From NCBI RefSeq assembly GCF_013315695.1, contig NZ_CP054353.1: a stretch of 64,000 nucleotides of DNA, one strand, 5' to 3'. Below, one piece after another: positions 11,739 through 23,643 of the stretch (position 1 is its first letter; every line of letters begins with the position of its first letter). Under the pieces are notes generated by a model. It saw only the letters and a program-made list of their open reading frames with translations, was not told where the DNA came from and made no database searches. The stretch is from Escherichia coli. Its GTDB lineage: Bacteria > Pseudomonadota > Gammaproteobacteria > Enterobacterales > Enterobacteriaceae. A program made the translations under genes and the position numbers.

Positions 11739-14021
11739 ATGTCCGAGCTTAATGAAAAGTTAGCCACAGCCTGGGAAGGTTTTACCAAAGGTGACTGGCA
11801 GAATGAAGTAAACGTCCGTGACTTCATTCAGAAAAACTACACTCCGTACGAGGGTGACGAGTCCTTCCTGGCTGGCGCTACTGAAGCGACCACCACCCTG
11901 TGGGACAAAGTAATGGAAGGCGTTAAACTGGAAAACCGCACTCACGCGCCAGTTGACTTTGACACCGCTGTTGCTTCCACCATCACCTCTCACGACGCTG
12001 GTTACATCAACAAGCAGCTTGAGAAAATCGTTGGTCTGCAGACTGAAGCTCCGCTGAAACGTGCTCTTATCCCGTTCGGTGGTATCAAAATGATCGAAGG
12101 TTCCTGCAAAGCGTACAACCGCGAACTGGACCCGATGATCAAAAAAATCTTCACTGAATACCGTAAAACTCACAACCAGGGCGTGTTCGACGTTTACACT
12201 CCGGACATCCTGCGTTGCCGTAAATCCGGTGTTCTGACCGGTCTGCCAGATGCTTATGGCCGTGGTCGTATCATCGGTGACTACCGTCGCGTTGCGCTGT
12301 ACGGTATCGACTACCTGATGAAAGACAAACTTGCACAGTTCACCTCTCTGCAGGCTGATCTGGAAAACGGCGTAAACCTGGAACAGACTATCCGTCTGCG
12401 CGAAGAAATCGCTGAACAGCACCGCGCTCTGGGTCAGATGAAAGAAATGGCTGCGAAATACGGCTACGACATCTCTGGTCCGGCTACCAACGCTCAGGAA
12501 GCTATCCAGTGGACTTACTTCGGCTACCTGGCTGCTGTTAAGTCTCAGAACGGTGCTGCAATGTCCTTCGGTCGTACCTCCACCTTCCTGGATGTGTACA
12601 TCGAACGTGACCTGAAAGCTGGCAAGATCACCGAACAAGAAGCGCAGGAAATGGTTGACCACCTGGTCATGAAACTGCGTATGGTTCGCTTCCTGCGTAC
12701 TCCGGAATACGATGAACTGTTCTCTGGCGACCCGATCTGGGCAACCGAATCTATCGGTGGTATGGGCCTCGACGGTCGTACCCTGGTTACCAAAAACAGC
12801 TTCCGTTTCCTGAACACCCTGTACACCATGGGTCCGTCTCCGGAACCGAACATGACCATTCTGTGGTCTGAAAAACTGCCGCTGAACTTCAAGAAATTCG
12901 CCGCTAAAGTGTCCATCGACACCTCTTCTCTGCAGTATGAGAACGATGACCTGATGCGTCCGGACTTCAACAACGATGACTACGCTATCGCTTGCTGCGT
13001 AAGCCCGATGATCGTTGGTAAACAAATGCAGTTCTTCGGTGCGCGTGCAAACCTGGCGAAAACCATGCTGTACGCAATCAACGGCGGCGTTGACGAAAAA
13101 CTGAAAATGCAGGTTGGTCCGAAGTCTGAGCCGATCAAAGGCGATCTCCTGAACTACGATGAAGTGATGGAGCGCATGGATCACTTCATGGACTGGCTGG
13201 CTAAACAGTACATCACTGCACTGAACATCATCCACTACATGCACGACAAGTACAGCTACGAAGCCTCTCTGATGGCGCTGCACGACCGTGACGTTATCCG
13301 CACCATGGCGTGTGGTATCGCTGGTCTGTCCGTTGCTGCTGACTCCCTGTCTGCAATCAAATATGCGAAAGTTAAACCGATTCGTGACGAAGACGGTCTG
13401 GCTATCGACTTCGAAATCGAAGGCGAATACCCGCAGTTTGGTAACAACGATCCGCGTGTAGATGACCTGGCTGTTGACCTGGTAGAACGTTTCATGAAGA
13501 AAATTCAGAAACTGCACACCTACCGTGACGCTATCCCGACTCAGTCTGTTCTGACCATCACTTCTAACGTTGTGTATGGTAAGAAAACTGGTAACACCCC
13601 AGACGGTCGTCGTGCTGGCGCGCCGTTCGGACCAGGTGCTAACCCGATGCACGGTCGTGACCAGAAAGGTGCAGTAGCCTCTCTGACTTCCGTTGCTAAA
13701 CTGCCGTTTGCTTACGCTAAAGATGGTATCTCCTACACCTTCTCTATCGTTCCGAACGCACTGGGTAAAGACGACGAAGTTCGTAAGACCAACCTGGCTG
13801 GTCTGATGGATGGTTACTTCCACCACGAAGCATCCATCGAAGGTGGTCAGCACCTGAACGTTAACGTGATGAACCGTGAAATGCTGCTCGACGCGATGGA
13901 AAACCCGGAAAAATATCCGCAGCTGACCATCCGTGTATCTGGCTATGCAGTACGTTTCAACTCGCTGACTAAAGAACAGCAGCAGGACGTTATTACTCGT
14001 ACCTTCACTCAATCTATGTAA
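11739..14021 (+). CDS. pflB: pyruvate formate-lyase
   Basis: 760-aa ORF starting [15 protein letters not shown], ending with the glycyl-radical region RVSGYAVRF. Confidence 0.97.
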   Translation: MSELNEKLATAWEGFTKGDWQNEVNVRDFIQKNYTPYEGDESFLAGATEATTTLWDKVMEGVKLENRTHAPVDFDTAVASTITSHDAGYINKQLEKIVGLQTEAPLKRALIPFGGIKMIEGSCKAYNRELDPMIKKIFTEYRKTHNQGVFDVYTPDILRCRKSGVLTGLPDAYGRGRIIGDYRRVALYGIDYLMKDKLAQFTSLQADLENGVNLEQTIRLREEIAEQHRALGQMKEMAAKYGYDISGPATNAQEAIQWTYFGYLAAVKSQNGAAMSFGRTSTFLDVYIERDLKAGKITEQEAQEMVDHLVMKLRMVRFLRTPEYDELFSGDPIWATESIGGMGLDGRTLVTKNSFRFLNTLYTMGPSPEPNMTILWSEKLPLNFKKFAAKVSIDTSSLQYENDDLMRPDFNNDDYAIACCVSPMIVGKQMQFFGARANLAKTMLYAINGGVDEKLKMQVGPKSEPIKGDLLNYDEVMERMDHFMDWLAKQYITALNIIHYMHDKYSYEASLMALHDRDVIRTMACGIAGLSVAADSLSAIKYAKVKPIRDEDGLAIDFEIEGEYPQFGNNDPRVDDLAVDLVERFMKKIQKLHTYRDAIPTQSVLTITSNVVYGKKTGNTPDGRRAGAPFGPGANPMHGRDQKGAVASLTSVAKLPFAYAKDGISYTFSIVPNALGKDDEVRKTNLAGLMDGYFHHEASIEGGQHLNVNVMNREMLLDAMENPEKYPQLTIRVSGYAVRFNSLTKEQQQDVITRTFTQSM

Positions 14022-14063
14022 TTAGATTTGACTGAAATCGTACAGTAAAAAGCGTACAATAAA

Positions 14064-14089
14064 GGCTCCACGAAAGTGGGGCCTTTTTT
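14064..14089 (+). terminator. rho-independent terminator after pflB
   Basis: GGCTCCAC-GAAA-GTGGGGCC hairpin followed by TTTTTT. Confidence 0.6.
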
Positions 14090-14212
14090 AGCACGAGAGC
14101 CTTTTTTGTCAGCTATCTATACTTTAAGGTGACTGCCAAAACAGACTCGACGTAGCCTTCGAGCTGCGCACCAACACGGCCTCAGATGGGCCACATCTGG
14201 AGAAACACCGCA

Positions 14213-14953
14213 ATGTCAGTTATTGGTCGCATTCACTCCTTTGAATCCTGTGGAACCGTAGACGGCCCGGGTATTCGCTTTATCACCTTTTTCCAGGGCT
14301 GCCTGATGCGCTGCCTGTATTGTCATAACCGCGACACCTGGGATACGCATGGCGGTAAAGAAGTTACCGTTGAAGATTTGATGAAGGAAGTGGTGACCTA
14401 TCGCCACTTTATGAACGCTTCCGGCGGCGGCGTTACCGCATCCGGCGGTGAGGCAATCCTACAAGCTGAGTTTGTTCGTGACTGGTTCCGCGCCTGCAAA
14501 AAAGAAGGCATTCATACCTGTCTGGACACCAACGGTTTTGTTCGTCGTTACGATCCGGTGATTGATGAACTGCTGGAAGTAACCGACCTGGTAATGCTCG
14601 ATCTCAAACAGATGAACGACGAGATCCACCAAAATCTGGTTGGAGTTTCAAACCACCGCACGCTGGAGTTCGCCAAATATCTGGCGAACAAAAATGTGAA
14701 GGTGTGGATCCGCTACGTTGTTGTGCCAGGCTGGTCTGACGATGACGATTCAGCGCATCGCCTCGGTGAATTTACCCGTGATATGGGCAACGTTGAGAAA
14801 ATCGAGCTTCTCCCCTACCACGAACTGGGCAAACACAAATGGGTGGCGATGGGCGAAGAGTACAAGCTCGACGGTGTAAAACCACCGAAAAAAGAGACGA
14901 TGGAGCGAGTAAAAGGCATTCTTGAACAATATGGTCATAAAGTGATGTTTTAG
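14213..14953 (+). CDS. pflA: pyruvate formate-lyase activating enzyme (radical SAM)
   Basis: 246 aa from [20 protein letters not shown] with the CxxxCxxC cluster motif [10 protein letters not shown]. Confidence 0.95.
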   Translation: MSVIGRIHSFESCGTVDGPGIRFITFFQGCLMRCLYCHNRDTWDTHGGKEVTVEDLMKEVVTYRHFMNASGGGVTASGGEAILQAEFVRDWFRACKKEGIHTCLDTNGFVRRYDPVIDELLEVTDLVMLDLKQMNDEIHQNLVGVSNHRTLEFAKYLANKNVKVWIRYVVVPGWSDDDDSAHRLGEFTRDMGNVEKIELLPYHELGKHKWVAMGEEYKLDGVKPPKKETMERVKGILEQYGHKVMF

Positions 14954-15023
14954 AACATCATTGCAGGTTGAATGTCGACCTGTAATTTTGGCTCCTTCCC
15001 CCTTCTTTTAGTTAGAATAAATA

Positions 15024-15055
15024 AATCAGCGTTGAGTGTATGCTCGACGCTGATT
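15024..15055. terminator. inverted repeat between convergent pflA and BcsC-like gene
   Basis: AATCAGCGTTGAG / CTCGACGCTGATT arms with one mismatch; T-rich run follows on the minus strand. Confidence 0.5.
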
Positions 15056-15099
15056 TATTGAGCTTAATTTTCGTACTGTAACTTTCCGATGCTACGTTA

Positions 15100-18000
15100 C
15101 TACCCGTCGGCGTAAGGTATCAGCGGCTGTGGCGGTAAATCCATATCGCCCTGCCATCCGGCGGCGGAATACCGTACATAGAGCTGGAAGTGACTTGGCG
15201 CATAATCCTTCGCTTTCTGGATATCAATCGCCGTACCAACAAACCAGTTGGACGTGACGCGACGTTCAAGTAATGCCCGTGCCGTGTAACCAAAACCCTG
15301 ACTGCTGCTACCACTGTTGGATTGTTGTGCTGCTTCTTCCTGCCAGTCGCTCGGGATCAGGTTCATCAGCGGATAACGCGGCATGGTTTTGGTCCGTGAG
15401 TGCGACCATGAACCTGAAGCCCCCAGCTCCCACGACCAGTTTTCCGTCCGCTCGCGCCACATCACCGGCACCGCAAACGACAGGTATTCCTGCGGGCTGT
15501 AGTAACCGCCCTGACCCAGTGAGTACTCACTCAGGTCTTTGTCGTAATGCCAGATCATGTTGTTCAGGCCAATGGTAACGCGGCGGTTATTCTCGTTGAT
15601 AATTTTATAGTAATAGCCCGTCATCCAGCGCACGCGCCAGTTATCTTCGACATTTTTACCGGTTAACTGATCACCGCTAAGCGATGCCCAGACGCCGTTT
15701 GCTTCACCTTTATCGTAACTCAGACTTAGCCCCACGCCGTCGGCACGCACGCCGCCCCATTTTTTCCCGGTGTTGCCCGGAGAATCTTTCTGCCCGCCGA
15801 AGGCCAGCATTGAGCTGGAGACAGGCCGACGATGTGCGTCAACGGTATAGCCGAGTGGGCCGATACTGTCGCTGTAACTGACAGCGCCGACCACATCCAC
15901 CACGTTGAATCCCATCGGTGTGGTGCCAATATCCCAGCTCCAGGTGTCGTTGCGCCAGCCAACCGCCACGCTTGTGCCGGAGTCTGACTGACTGCGGTTG
16001 CCGCTACACTCCTGCAGCGTACAGGTTCCCCAGTTATCATCCCATTTGCCATCGGCATTAGTGGAGAAACTGCCGACGTTCATATTGACGAAATCACTGC
16101 GAAAGAACATCCGACCGTCAGAATACGGCGCATCCACCTGCAACATGGTGGTATGTGCTTTCAGGTCAGAATAGCCGCCAGTGCCGTTTGATCCCCAGTA
16201 GTCGTGCTCCAGGGTGACATTGAGATCCTGCTGACGATAAAGATCTGCCGCATCGCTGCGCACGCCACGTTTCAGCCAGTCATCCTGCTCATCATTACGG
16301 GTAAGGCGGGTAAAGGTGTCGTTATCCTGCGGACGTGTCGTCGTCACGCCGGAAGCGATCATCGCATCTTTGTAGGTTTCCAGCGCCTGTTGCGGTTCAC
16401 CCGCCTGCGCCTCAAATTTTGCGCCATCGCGCAGTACCATCGCGCTTTCCATCGACGGCGGCTGAGATTTTGCCTGCAGGATCAGCCTGTTAAATGTCTG
16501 CTGTGCCGCTGCGGTATCGCCAAGCTGTGCCTGCACCAACGCCACGCGCCGCTGAGTGTTCAGCGAGGCGTTATCGGTGGCGGGAAGTTTCGCCAGTTGA
16601 CTGCGCGCCGCGGCTTTGTCGCCTGCGGCAATATCCACTTCCGTCAGGCCAAGAATGGCATCGGCGTTATTCGACTCCCGCGCCAGCACATTCTGATACG
16701 CCGTGCGGGCGGCGGTGTAATCGCGTCGCTGTTGTGCCCAGTCAGCCAGCGTAAGATCAATGCGCGTGGAAGGCGGTTGCTGGCGTAGCATCGCCTCCGC
16801 ATCCTGTTCTTTGCCACTGTCACGCAGGCGATTAGCCGTTTCCAGAATCTGATCGCTTTGCAGGCGATTCACCAGTTCCTGAATGTTGCCGTTCCACCGG
16901 GCGCGCGGCAGATTGTTAATATGCGCCAGCGCCGCCCGCTCCTGATCGTGACCGGAGAGATACAGTCCGTAAGCGTAAACCTGGTCCGGGTCGTTCGGCT
17001 TCTGTTGCGCCAGGTTACGCATTAACGTATCAGCCTGGGTACGTTGTCCGGCCTGCCAGAGATCCTGCGAAAGCCGGTAAGTTACCCACACACTGCCGGG
17101 GTCCAGCGCCAGTCGTTGCCGCTGAAGTGCTGCCGCCTGCGCCCATTTACCCTGATTTTCCAGCGCCTCCGCCTGCTGCGATAAGCGATCGTTTTGCAGA
17201 CTGCGTTCGATATCATCAATACTGCGCCGCTGGCTGGCAGAAAGTGACGCAATAAACGCTTCAGCTTTTTCCGGCGATTGCTGCCGATAAATGTTCGCCA
17301 GTCCACGCACGGCGTTAGTGTTGCCGCTGTCCATACGCAGGGTCTGCTGATAATAACGTTCGGCGGCGGGGTAATCTTTTCGCGCCATTGCCACATCACC
17401 CAGCCCCAGCACCGCATAGCTGTCGGTGTTATCGACATTGCGTGCCTGCAGGAACAGGCGTTCCGCCTGATCAGGATTGTTCGCTTTCAGTGCGGCATCG
17501 CCCTGTTGGATCGCCAGCCAATAACGGTTCACTTTCAGCAAACTGTTCCATTTGTCGTTGTTGCTGCTGTGCGGGCCCAGCGCGAGGGCTTTTTCCAGAT
17601 TTGCCACCGCATTCGCGCGATCGCCTTTCTGTGAATAAGCCTGGCCCAGCGCCCCCAATATTGCACCAGAGTTTGGGTTATCAATATTAAGTTTTTTCAA
17701 CTGACTAATTGCCTCGTTGCGACGAGATGCAATTTGCGCCACTGCACTCCAGTATTCCAACGCCATGCCGACATCTGACGGTACTCCGTTAAATAGCTTG
17801 TCATAACTGACAATAGCCTCCTCGTATCGCCCGGAGATAGCTTGTAAACGCGCCATTTGCAATGCCTGGCGCCCCTCAAGCGAAGAAAGTCGCATGACCG
17901 TACGCGATGCTTTATATATTTTTGAATCTGGGGCGATCAGAGAAAGTCTGGCAAGTTGTTTGTGTGCTCCGTCAATATCCCCCTTGCGAAGCAGATAGCG

Positions 18001-18219
18001 AAACCGAGCCGCAACGACATCAGGATTATTGGGCTCCACCAATTCAAGGCGATAAAGCGACTGCTCCACCAGTTCTTCACGGTGAGAGTCTTCTCCCAAT
18101 CGAATCTGTGCCATCAGCAGTTGATAAGCAGTTGGCGTGGCTTTTGCCATCGACATTACCGCCAAACCAAGAGATATGGTGAGTAAATTTAGGGTGAATT
18201 TGTGCATACCTGGACTCAA
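15100..18219 (-). CDS. BcsC-like TPR-repeat / outer-membrane export subunit of a cellulose-synthase-like system
   Basis: 1039-aa ORF with signal peptide, long TPR region and C-terminal beta-barrel-like tail ending PLIPYADG; last gene of the minus-strand operon; GC-rich (about 55-60 percent). Confidence 0.8.
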   Translation of the reverse strand: MSPGMHKFTLNLLTISLGLAVMSMAKATPTAYQLLMAQIRLGEDSHREELVEQSLYRLELVEPNNPDVVAARFRYLLRKGDIDGAHKQLARLSLIAPDSKIYKASRTVMRLSSLEGRQALQMARLQAISGRYEEAIVSYDKLFNGVPSDVGMALEYWSAVAQIASRRNEAISQLKKLNIDNPNSGAILGALGQAYSQKGDRANAVANLEKALALGPHSSNNDKWNSLLKVNRYWLAIQQGDAALKANNPDQAERLFLQARNVDNTDSYAVLGLGDVAMARKDYPAAERYYQQTLRMDSGNTNAVRGLANIYRQQSPEKAEAFIASLSASQRRSIDDIERSLQNDRLSQQAEALENQGKWAQAAALQRQRLALDPGSVWVTYRLSQDLWQAGQRTQADTLMRNLAQQKPNDPDQVYAYGLYLSGHDQERAALAHINNLPRARWNGNIQELVNRLQSDQILETANRLRDSGKEQDAEAMLRQQPPSTRIDLTLADWAQQRRDYTAARTAYQNVLARESNNADAILGLTEVDIAAGDKAAARSQLAKLPATDNASLNTQRRVALVQAQLGDTAAAQQTFNRLILQAKSQPPSMESAMVLRDGAKFEAQAGEPQQALETYKDAMIASGVTTTRPQDNDTFTRLTRNDEQDDWLKRGVRSDAADLYRQQDLNVTLEHDYWGSNGTGGYSDLKAHTTMLQVDAPYSDGRMFFRSDFVNMNVGSFSTNADGKWDDNWGTCTLQECSGNRSQSDSGTSVAVGWRNDTWSWDIGTTPMGFNVVDVVGAVSYSDSIGPLGYTVDAHRRPVSSSMLAFGGQKDSPGNTGKKWGGVRADGVGLSLSYDKGEANGVWASLSGDQLTGKNVEDNWRVRWMTGYYYKIINENNRRVTIGLNNMIWHYDKDLSEYSLGQGGYYSPQEYLSFAVPVMWRERTENWSWELGASGSWSHSRTKTMPRYPLMNLIPSDWQEEAAQQSNSGSSSQGFGYTARALLERRVTSNWFVGTAIDIQKAKDYAPSHFQLYVRYSAAGWQGDMDLPPQPLIPYADG

Positions 18220-19968
18220 TCAGGTGTTAACTCACTTTTTATTAAAAAATGAATAAGCGCAGTTCCCTGCCCTGCCTGTTTAAGGCCAGAGCAGAGAGCT
18301 ACAAAGATGAATTACTGTTGATGAGGATTCAGACGACGATGGCTAATGATGCGTAGCAGACGCCAGACGACCCACGCCAGAAGCACCACACTCAGCATTG
18401 CCATTCCTGCCAGCAAAACAGGATGTTTCGCTAACATATATTGCGCGCGCTCAATCCAGGGAAGATGCCCCACATAATAGGTATCTCCAACCCGTAAACT
18501 ATCGACACCTGATTCACGAATAACCGCAACTGAGCCAAATATATTGCCACGTTTTGCACTATTAATTAGCGCATTATTAAGTAACTCGTCACCACGTGCC
18601 CCCTCGGTCATTAATGCAATTACGCTACGTTGGGGATGATATGGAGACTGGAAACCAACCACCGCGGCCATTGGCGATGGAGAGATCATGCTTGTTTGTG
18701 TTTCAGTTTTTTGGTTGTTTTCATCTGTCATAATTTGTGCGTTATCAGAGTGCCGCATTGGCGTTTTTACCCAACTAGCGGTTGCATCAATGAGCAGATT
18801 AATTTGCTGCTGACCTGCAAATTCTTGCGGAATTGCCCCTATCAGCAGGATGTCTGCATCCTTATTCTGGATGGAGCTTATATCATCAGTAACTGTCAGA
18901 TTAATTGCCGGAAATCCGGTTTGAGCACCAATCAATCCAAGGGTATTTAGCAATATTTCAACCTGCGTTGTACCAGGATGTTCAGGCATAACGATGACTG
19001 TTTCAGATAAATCGGCCATACGGCTAAAAGGAAAGCCTGAACTAGCAAAGGCGCGTAAATCTGGCATGGCGATAAAGTGATGATACTTTGAAAAATCGAT
19101 AGTAGAATCATCAGCAATAACTGCATGGTTATTCAGAGGCCGGGAAATAATACAACTCCCGTCATCAGTACTCGGTATCGTATTAACGTACTCAAAATTG
19201 AATCGTAATTGATTAAGTGCCCCCAATGTCAGCGCCGGAATGGTAATTTTATTATTGCTATCTGACAATTCTTGCAATAACGGTAAATGTAATAGCAGTC
19301 GATCAGTAGTCGAGCGCGGGCTTGGGCGAAAAGATTCAATGTACTGATTATTAAGATTAACATCAATACGAGAACCGCCTACCATTGGCGTGGTATAGCG
19401 ATAGTTAATCTTCATATCAACCCCACTATTACGTAACAGAAAGAGATCAGGCGGCAAATTGAATGAAACATTAATTGCTGCGATCTGCAGGGCACTTGCC
19501 TGTAACTGTCCTTCATAGTTTTTAAGCTCTGCGAAAGTTACAGGACGATCAGTGCGAACCCAGTTTGGCGCATCATAAGGTTTGCGTGGCAGCAGTGGTT
19601 TCACGTCATTTACAACCACACTATCGCCGCGAAACAGTATATTTCCCTGAGCGAGACCTTTTGCTGCCTGTAATAAATCTTTGTCATCGCGGCCCCAAAT
19701 TACCAACAATTTGACGAAAGGATTTTGTGGATGGTTAATCATCTTAATAACAGGTGCATTCACCAACGGATGATCACGCAAAAAGTCTGGCCGTCTATTG
19801 TTAGTGGCAAAGACTATAGCATTGCTTTCCGGTAACTGATTATAAAAAACTGGAAATTGATGACCACGCCACCCCGATTGCGAACCAAACCACGAAGCGA
19901 CAATTGCAGATGCTTGCTGCAAACCAGCCTCCGGTGGGCCAGCAAAAACCATCGGCAATGTATTAGTA

Positions 19969-19977
19969 CGGTTATCT
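19969..19977. repeat. IS1 target-site duplication, left copy (CGGTTATCT)
   Basis: Identical 9 bp at 20746-20754. Confidence 0.9.
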
Positions 19978-20032
19978 GGTGATGCTGCCAACTTACTGAT
20001 TTAGTGTATGATGGTGTTTTTGAGGTGCTCCA

Positions 20033-20308
20033 GTGGCTTCTGTTTCTATCAGCTGTCCCTCCTGTTCAGCTACTGACGGGGTGGTGCGTAACGGCAAAAG
20101 CACCGCCGGACATCAGCGCTATCTCTGCTCTCACTGCCGTAAAACATGGCAACTGCAGTTCACTTACACCGCTTCTCAACCCGGTACGCACCAGAAAATC
20201 ATTGATATGGCCATGAATGGCGTTGGATGCCGGGCAACAGCCCGCATTATGGGCGTTGGCCTCAACACGATTTTACGTCACTTAAAAAACTCAGGCCGCA
20301 GTCGGTAA
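20033..20308 (+). CDS. insA: IS1 InsA
   Basis: 91-aa [33 protein letters not shown]. Confidence 0.9.
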
Positions 20309-20730
20309 CCTCGCGCATACAGCCGGGCAGTGACGTCATCGTCTGCGCGGAAATGGACGAACAGTGGGGCTATGTCGGGGCTAAATCGCGCCAGCGCTGG
20401 CTGTTTTACGCGTATGACAGGCTCCGGAAGACGGTTGTTGCGCACGTATTCGGTGAACGCACTATGGCGACGCTGGGGCGTCTTATGAGCCTGCTGTCAC
20501 CCTTTGACGTGGTGATATGGATGACGGATGGCTGGCCGCTGTATGAATCCCGCCTGAAGGGAAAGCTGCACGTAATCAGCAAGCGATATACGCAGCGAAT
20601 TGAGCGGCATAACCTGAATCTGAGGCAGCACCTGGCACGGCTGGGACGGAAGTCGCTGTCGTTCTCAAAATCGGTGGAGCTGCATGACAAAGTCATCGGG
20701 CATTATCTGAACATAAAACACTATCAATAA
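20227..20730 (+). CDS. insB: IS1 InsB frame (expressed as InsAB' by programmed -1 frameshift)
   Basis: Overlapping -1 frame ORF downstream of insA, typical IS1 arrangement. Confidence 0.85.
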
Positions 20731-20745
20731 GTTGGAGTCATTACC

Positions 20746-20754
20746 CGGTTATCT
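20746..20754. repeat. IS1 target-site duplication, right copy (CGGTTATCT)
   Basis: Matches 19969-19977. Confidence 0.9.
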
Positions 20755-21455
20755 CGCGGATCAAAGAATGGCACAGGAAAATATGAAAGATCATTTTGCA
20801 GATTGAGTTTCTGGACGACCAGACCAAGTTCACTGTTACGTCCAATATCAAGCCACAAGTTATTGCTGGTTGAGATTTCACAGCTATTCTGATAATGGCC
20901 AATTAATTCAAAACGCAAACGATTAAAATCCGAGAAATACAATGGGTTAAGCGTTATTTCCGCCAACGTTTTTTTTCCCAGTTGTTCTTTGGTAATCGGT
21001 AATACTCCCATCAACTCATCATTAAGATAAACTTTAAGCTGCGACTGAACGGGGATCAATGACGGTGACGGAGTATATTCAAGCTTTAGTTTTGCATCTG
21101 AAACTATCTCATCACTGCGCATACCAAATTCAATATACCCCAGTGGGTTGACACCATTCAAAACGATGTTACCAGGCGCTGGTGATATTTGTGTAAATGG
21201 AAGTTTAAAATGATAAGAGGAATCTTTCGCATAAACAGAGACGTTAGACTTCTCTATAGCGGGTAATACTATCCCGGAGGGAGACTTATGGATTATGGTA
21301 TCTAAAGCTGATGCAGCATTTGCCTGGTATAACCATAAAAACCCTAAGCAAATTATTGCAGTAATAAATTTTAAATATTTTCTTTCCATTTTAAAAATTT
21401 CAAGAGACATAATCAACACAAATAATATATTTAGTTGGTTAAATATAATCTAAAA

Positions 21456-23570
21456 CTAATTCTCACGACTATTTTTTAGTGTCCGCAGAATATAAAAAAT
21501 CATATTGTAATACCCTTTAAGAGAGATGATACATACGTCAAAAAAGCTCTTTAGTATATTATCTTGCTTAATTTTATCATTCCACTCTTGCCATAATGAA
21601 TCACGTGAAAATGTTACTCTGACATAATTAATATTCTGTTCATAAGTCATTGGCAAAATCTTCAGACCAATTTTATTTTTGTAAGCATGAACAACTTTTA
21701 CAGGAATATCACATTCCCCTTTATTATCACTCAGATAAAGAGACAAATGCTGAGTTTTTTCGATTTCTTTTACATCGGAGATGTGATCAACAATAACCCC
21801 CAGGCCACCTTCGGAGAAATCAATAACAGAACAGGGATAGCACCGTCCATCTGCTAGTTTTATCACACCTTTAAAAGAAACATCTATCCGAGGAGAAAAG
21901 CGGACCTGCTTTTGTTCAATAGAGACTGCCAGGGTTGCGCCAATAATAATTGTATTATAAATCAACCAAATCAAACAAAATAAATTTAATATAACAAGAT
22001 GACCTTGCAATCTATAAATATTAATAACACCTATTATTAGTCCAATTAAATTTAAAATAGCAAAAATAAGATAAGGATATGAGATTCGCCAGTCAACAAA
22101 TTTATTTTTTATTAACCCGCCCTTGGCAGTAACGTTAAATCGCCCTTTAGCTGGCGCAAGTAAGGCAACAAGCGTTGGTAGTGTAATATACCAGGCCAGA
22201 ACCATTTCATAAATTTCATTCCAAAATGAATGTCTGTATTCACCCTGAACTCTTGAGTTAGTAAAAATAATCACAAATAGATAAGGTAGAACATAAGACA
22301 TAATATCTGCAACCGACGCATCTATCAAATTAACTGAAAAGAAAATAGGACATAGTGGCGCGAATAAAAAAATCAGCCGTGGAACCCCTGATAAAAAATG
22401 CATCATGCTACTGAGATAGCAAAGACGCTGTGATAACGTCAGCCCTTTGCCCAATAATGGATTATCAATACGTAAGATTTGGATCATGCCCCTGGCCCAC
22501 CGTATTCGTTGTCCGATATGAGCAGACAATGTTTCGGTAGCAAGTCCAGCGGCCAGAGGATAGCGAAGATATGCGGAGCTGTACCCTGCACGATGCAAGC
22601 GTAGCGATGTATGCGCATCTTCCGTTACCGTTTCAACTGCAATGCCTCCAACCTCATCTAATGCAGACCTACGGATAACCGCGCATGAACCACAAAAAAA
22701 TGAAGCATTCCATGTATCGGTGCCATTCTGGATTAAACCATAAAAAAGATGTCCTTCATTTGGTTTCTGCCGAAATTGCCCCAAGTTTCGCTCAAAAGGA
22801 TCGGGAGAGAAAAAATGATGTGGTGTTTGCAGCATCGATAGTTTTTTATCGGCAATAAACCAGCCCATCGTTTTTTTTAAAAAAGAAACGGAAGGAATAT
22901 GATCACAATCGAAAATAGCAACAAATTCGCCGTTAGCTATTTTAAGCGCATTGTTTATATTTCCAGCTTTCGCATGTTCATGCGTTTCTCTTGCAACATA
23001 GCAAATACCTGACTCATCAGCAAATTTCCTGAATTCGTCTCTGGCACCATCATCAAGAAGCCAGACATGTAATTTATCTTTTGGCCAGTCTAAAGCCAGC
23101 GCTCCATAAACTGTATTCTTCACGACAGTAAAGGGTTCATTATATGTAGGTATGAATATATCGACATCAGGCCATTCTTCTTTATTATCTGGTAAAGGTA
23201 TGCTTTCCCTGTTCAATGGGAAACAGACCTGAAAATAACCAAGTAATAAAACAAACCATGCATACGTTTCAGCAGCTAACAGCGTCAATGAAAAGAAGCT
23301 GTCAGGAAACTCATCAAGAATAACTGAAGAAGAGTAACGCCACCATAGATACCTTGTGGATATAAGTATACCAATACCCATTAAGATCAGGGTAATCATC
23401 CTTCCCCTGAGCAAATTGAGGAGAAAAACAGAGATACAAATGATAATCGAGAATAGTGTTTGTTGATAAAAACCGAGCGGCTGTTCAACAATTGACAAAA
23501 AAACAAAACATAGCAATATAGCAACAAAAAGAAAAATTTTGTTGTATATTTCTTTATTTTTTAAATTCAT
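21456..23570 (-). CDS. BcsA-like processive family-2 glycosyltransferase with C-terminal PilZ domain
   Basis: 704-aa multi-pass membrane ORF with FDCDH and QRIRWARG (QxxRW) motifs and PilZ signatures RFSPR / DFSEGGLG; AT-rich (about 25-35 percent GC). Confidence 0.85.
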   Translation of the reverse strand: MNLKNKEIYNKIFLFVAILLCFVFLSIVEQPLGFYQQTLFSIIICISVFLLNLLRGRMITLILMGIGILISTRYLWWRYSSSVILDEFPDSFFSLTLLAAETYAWFVLLLGYFQVCFPLNRESIPLPDNKEEWPDVDIFIPTYNEPFTVVKNTVYGALALDWPKDKLHVWLLDDGARDEFRKFADESGICYVARETHEHAKAGNINNALKIANGEFVAIFDCDHIPSVSFLKKTMGWFIADKKLSMLQTPHHFFSPDPFERNLGQFRQKPNEGHLFYGLIQNGTDTWNASFFCGSCAVIRRSALDEVGGIAVETVTEDAHTSLRLHRAGYSSAYLRYPLAAGLATETLSAHIGQRIRWARGMIQILRIDNPLLGKGLTLSQRLCYLSSMMHFLSGVPRLIFLFAPLCPIFFSVNLIDASVADIMSYVLPYLFVIIFTNSRVQGEYRHSFWNEIYEMVLAWYITLPTLVALLAPAKGRFNVTAKGGLIKNKFVDWRISYPYLIFAILNLIGLIIGVINIYRLQGHLVILNLFCLIWLIYNTIIIGATLAVSIEQKQVRFSPRIDVSFKGVIKLADGRCYPCSVIDFSEGGLGVIVDHISDVKEIEKTQHLSLYLSDNKGECDIPVKVVHAYKNKIGLKILPMTYEQNINYVRVTFSRDSLWQEWNDKIKQDNILKSFFDVCIISLKGYYNMIFYILRTLKNSREN

Positions 23571-23643
23571 GGTACGTAACTATTCATTAATACTATGATT
23601 TGACTTTAAAAAAACGAATGAATGATGTCATAAAAATAAAATT

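Larger units (their letters stand above)
19978..20745 (+). mobile_element. IS1 insertion sequence, complete (768 bp)
   Basis: Ends GGTGATGCTGCCAACTTACTGAT and GTTGGAGTCATTACC; insA/insB ORF pair; 9-bp direct repeats. Confidence 0.95.
18312..21419 (-). pseudogene. BcsB-like periplasmic subunit, interrupted by IS1
   Basis: N-terminal fragment 20746-21419 (signal peptide) and C-terminal fragment 18312-19977 (C-terminal membrane anchor LLAGMAMLSVVLLAWVVWRLL); removing IS1 and one target-repeat copy restores one continuous 2331-nt (776-aa) frame. Confidence 0.85.

Noticed and set aside
11760-14012. 750-aa ORF antisense to pflB
   Set aside because: Fully embedded opposite pflB, a highly expressed gene with strong codon bias; long antisense frames arise by chance in such genes and there is no start context.
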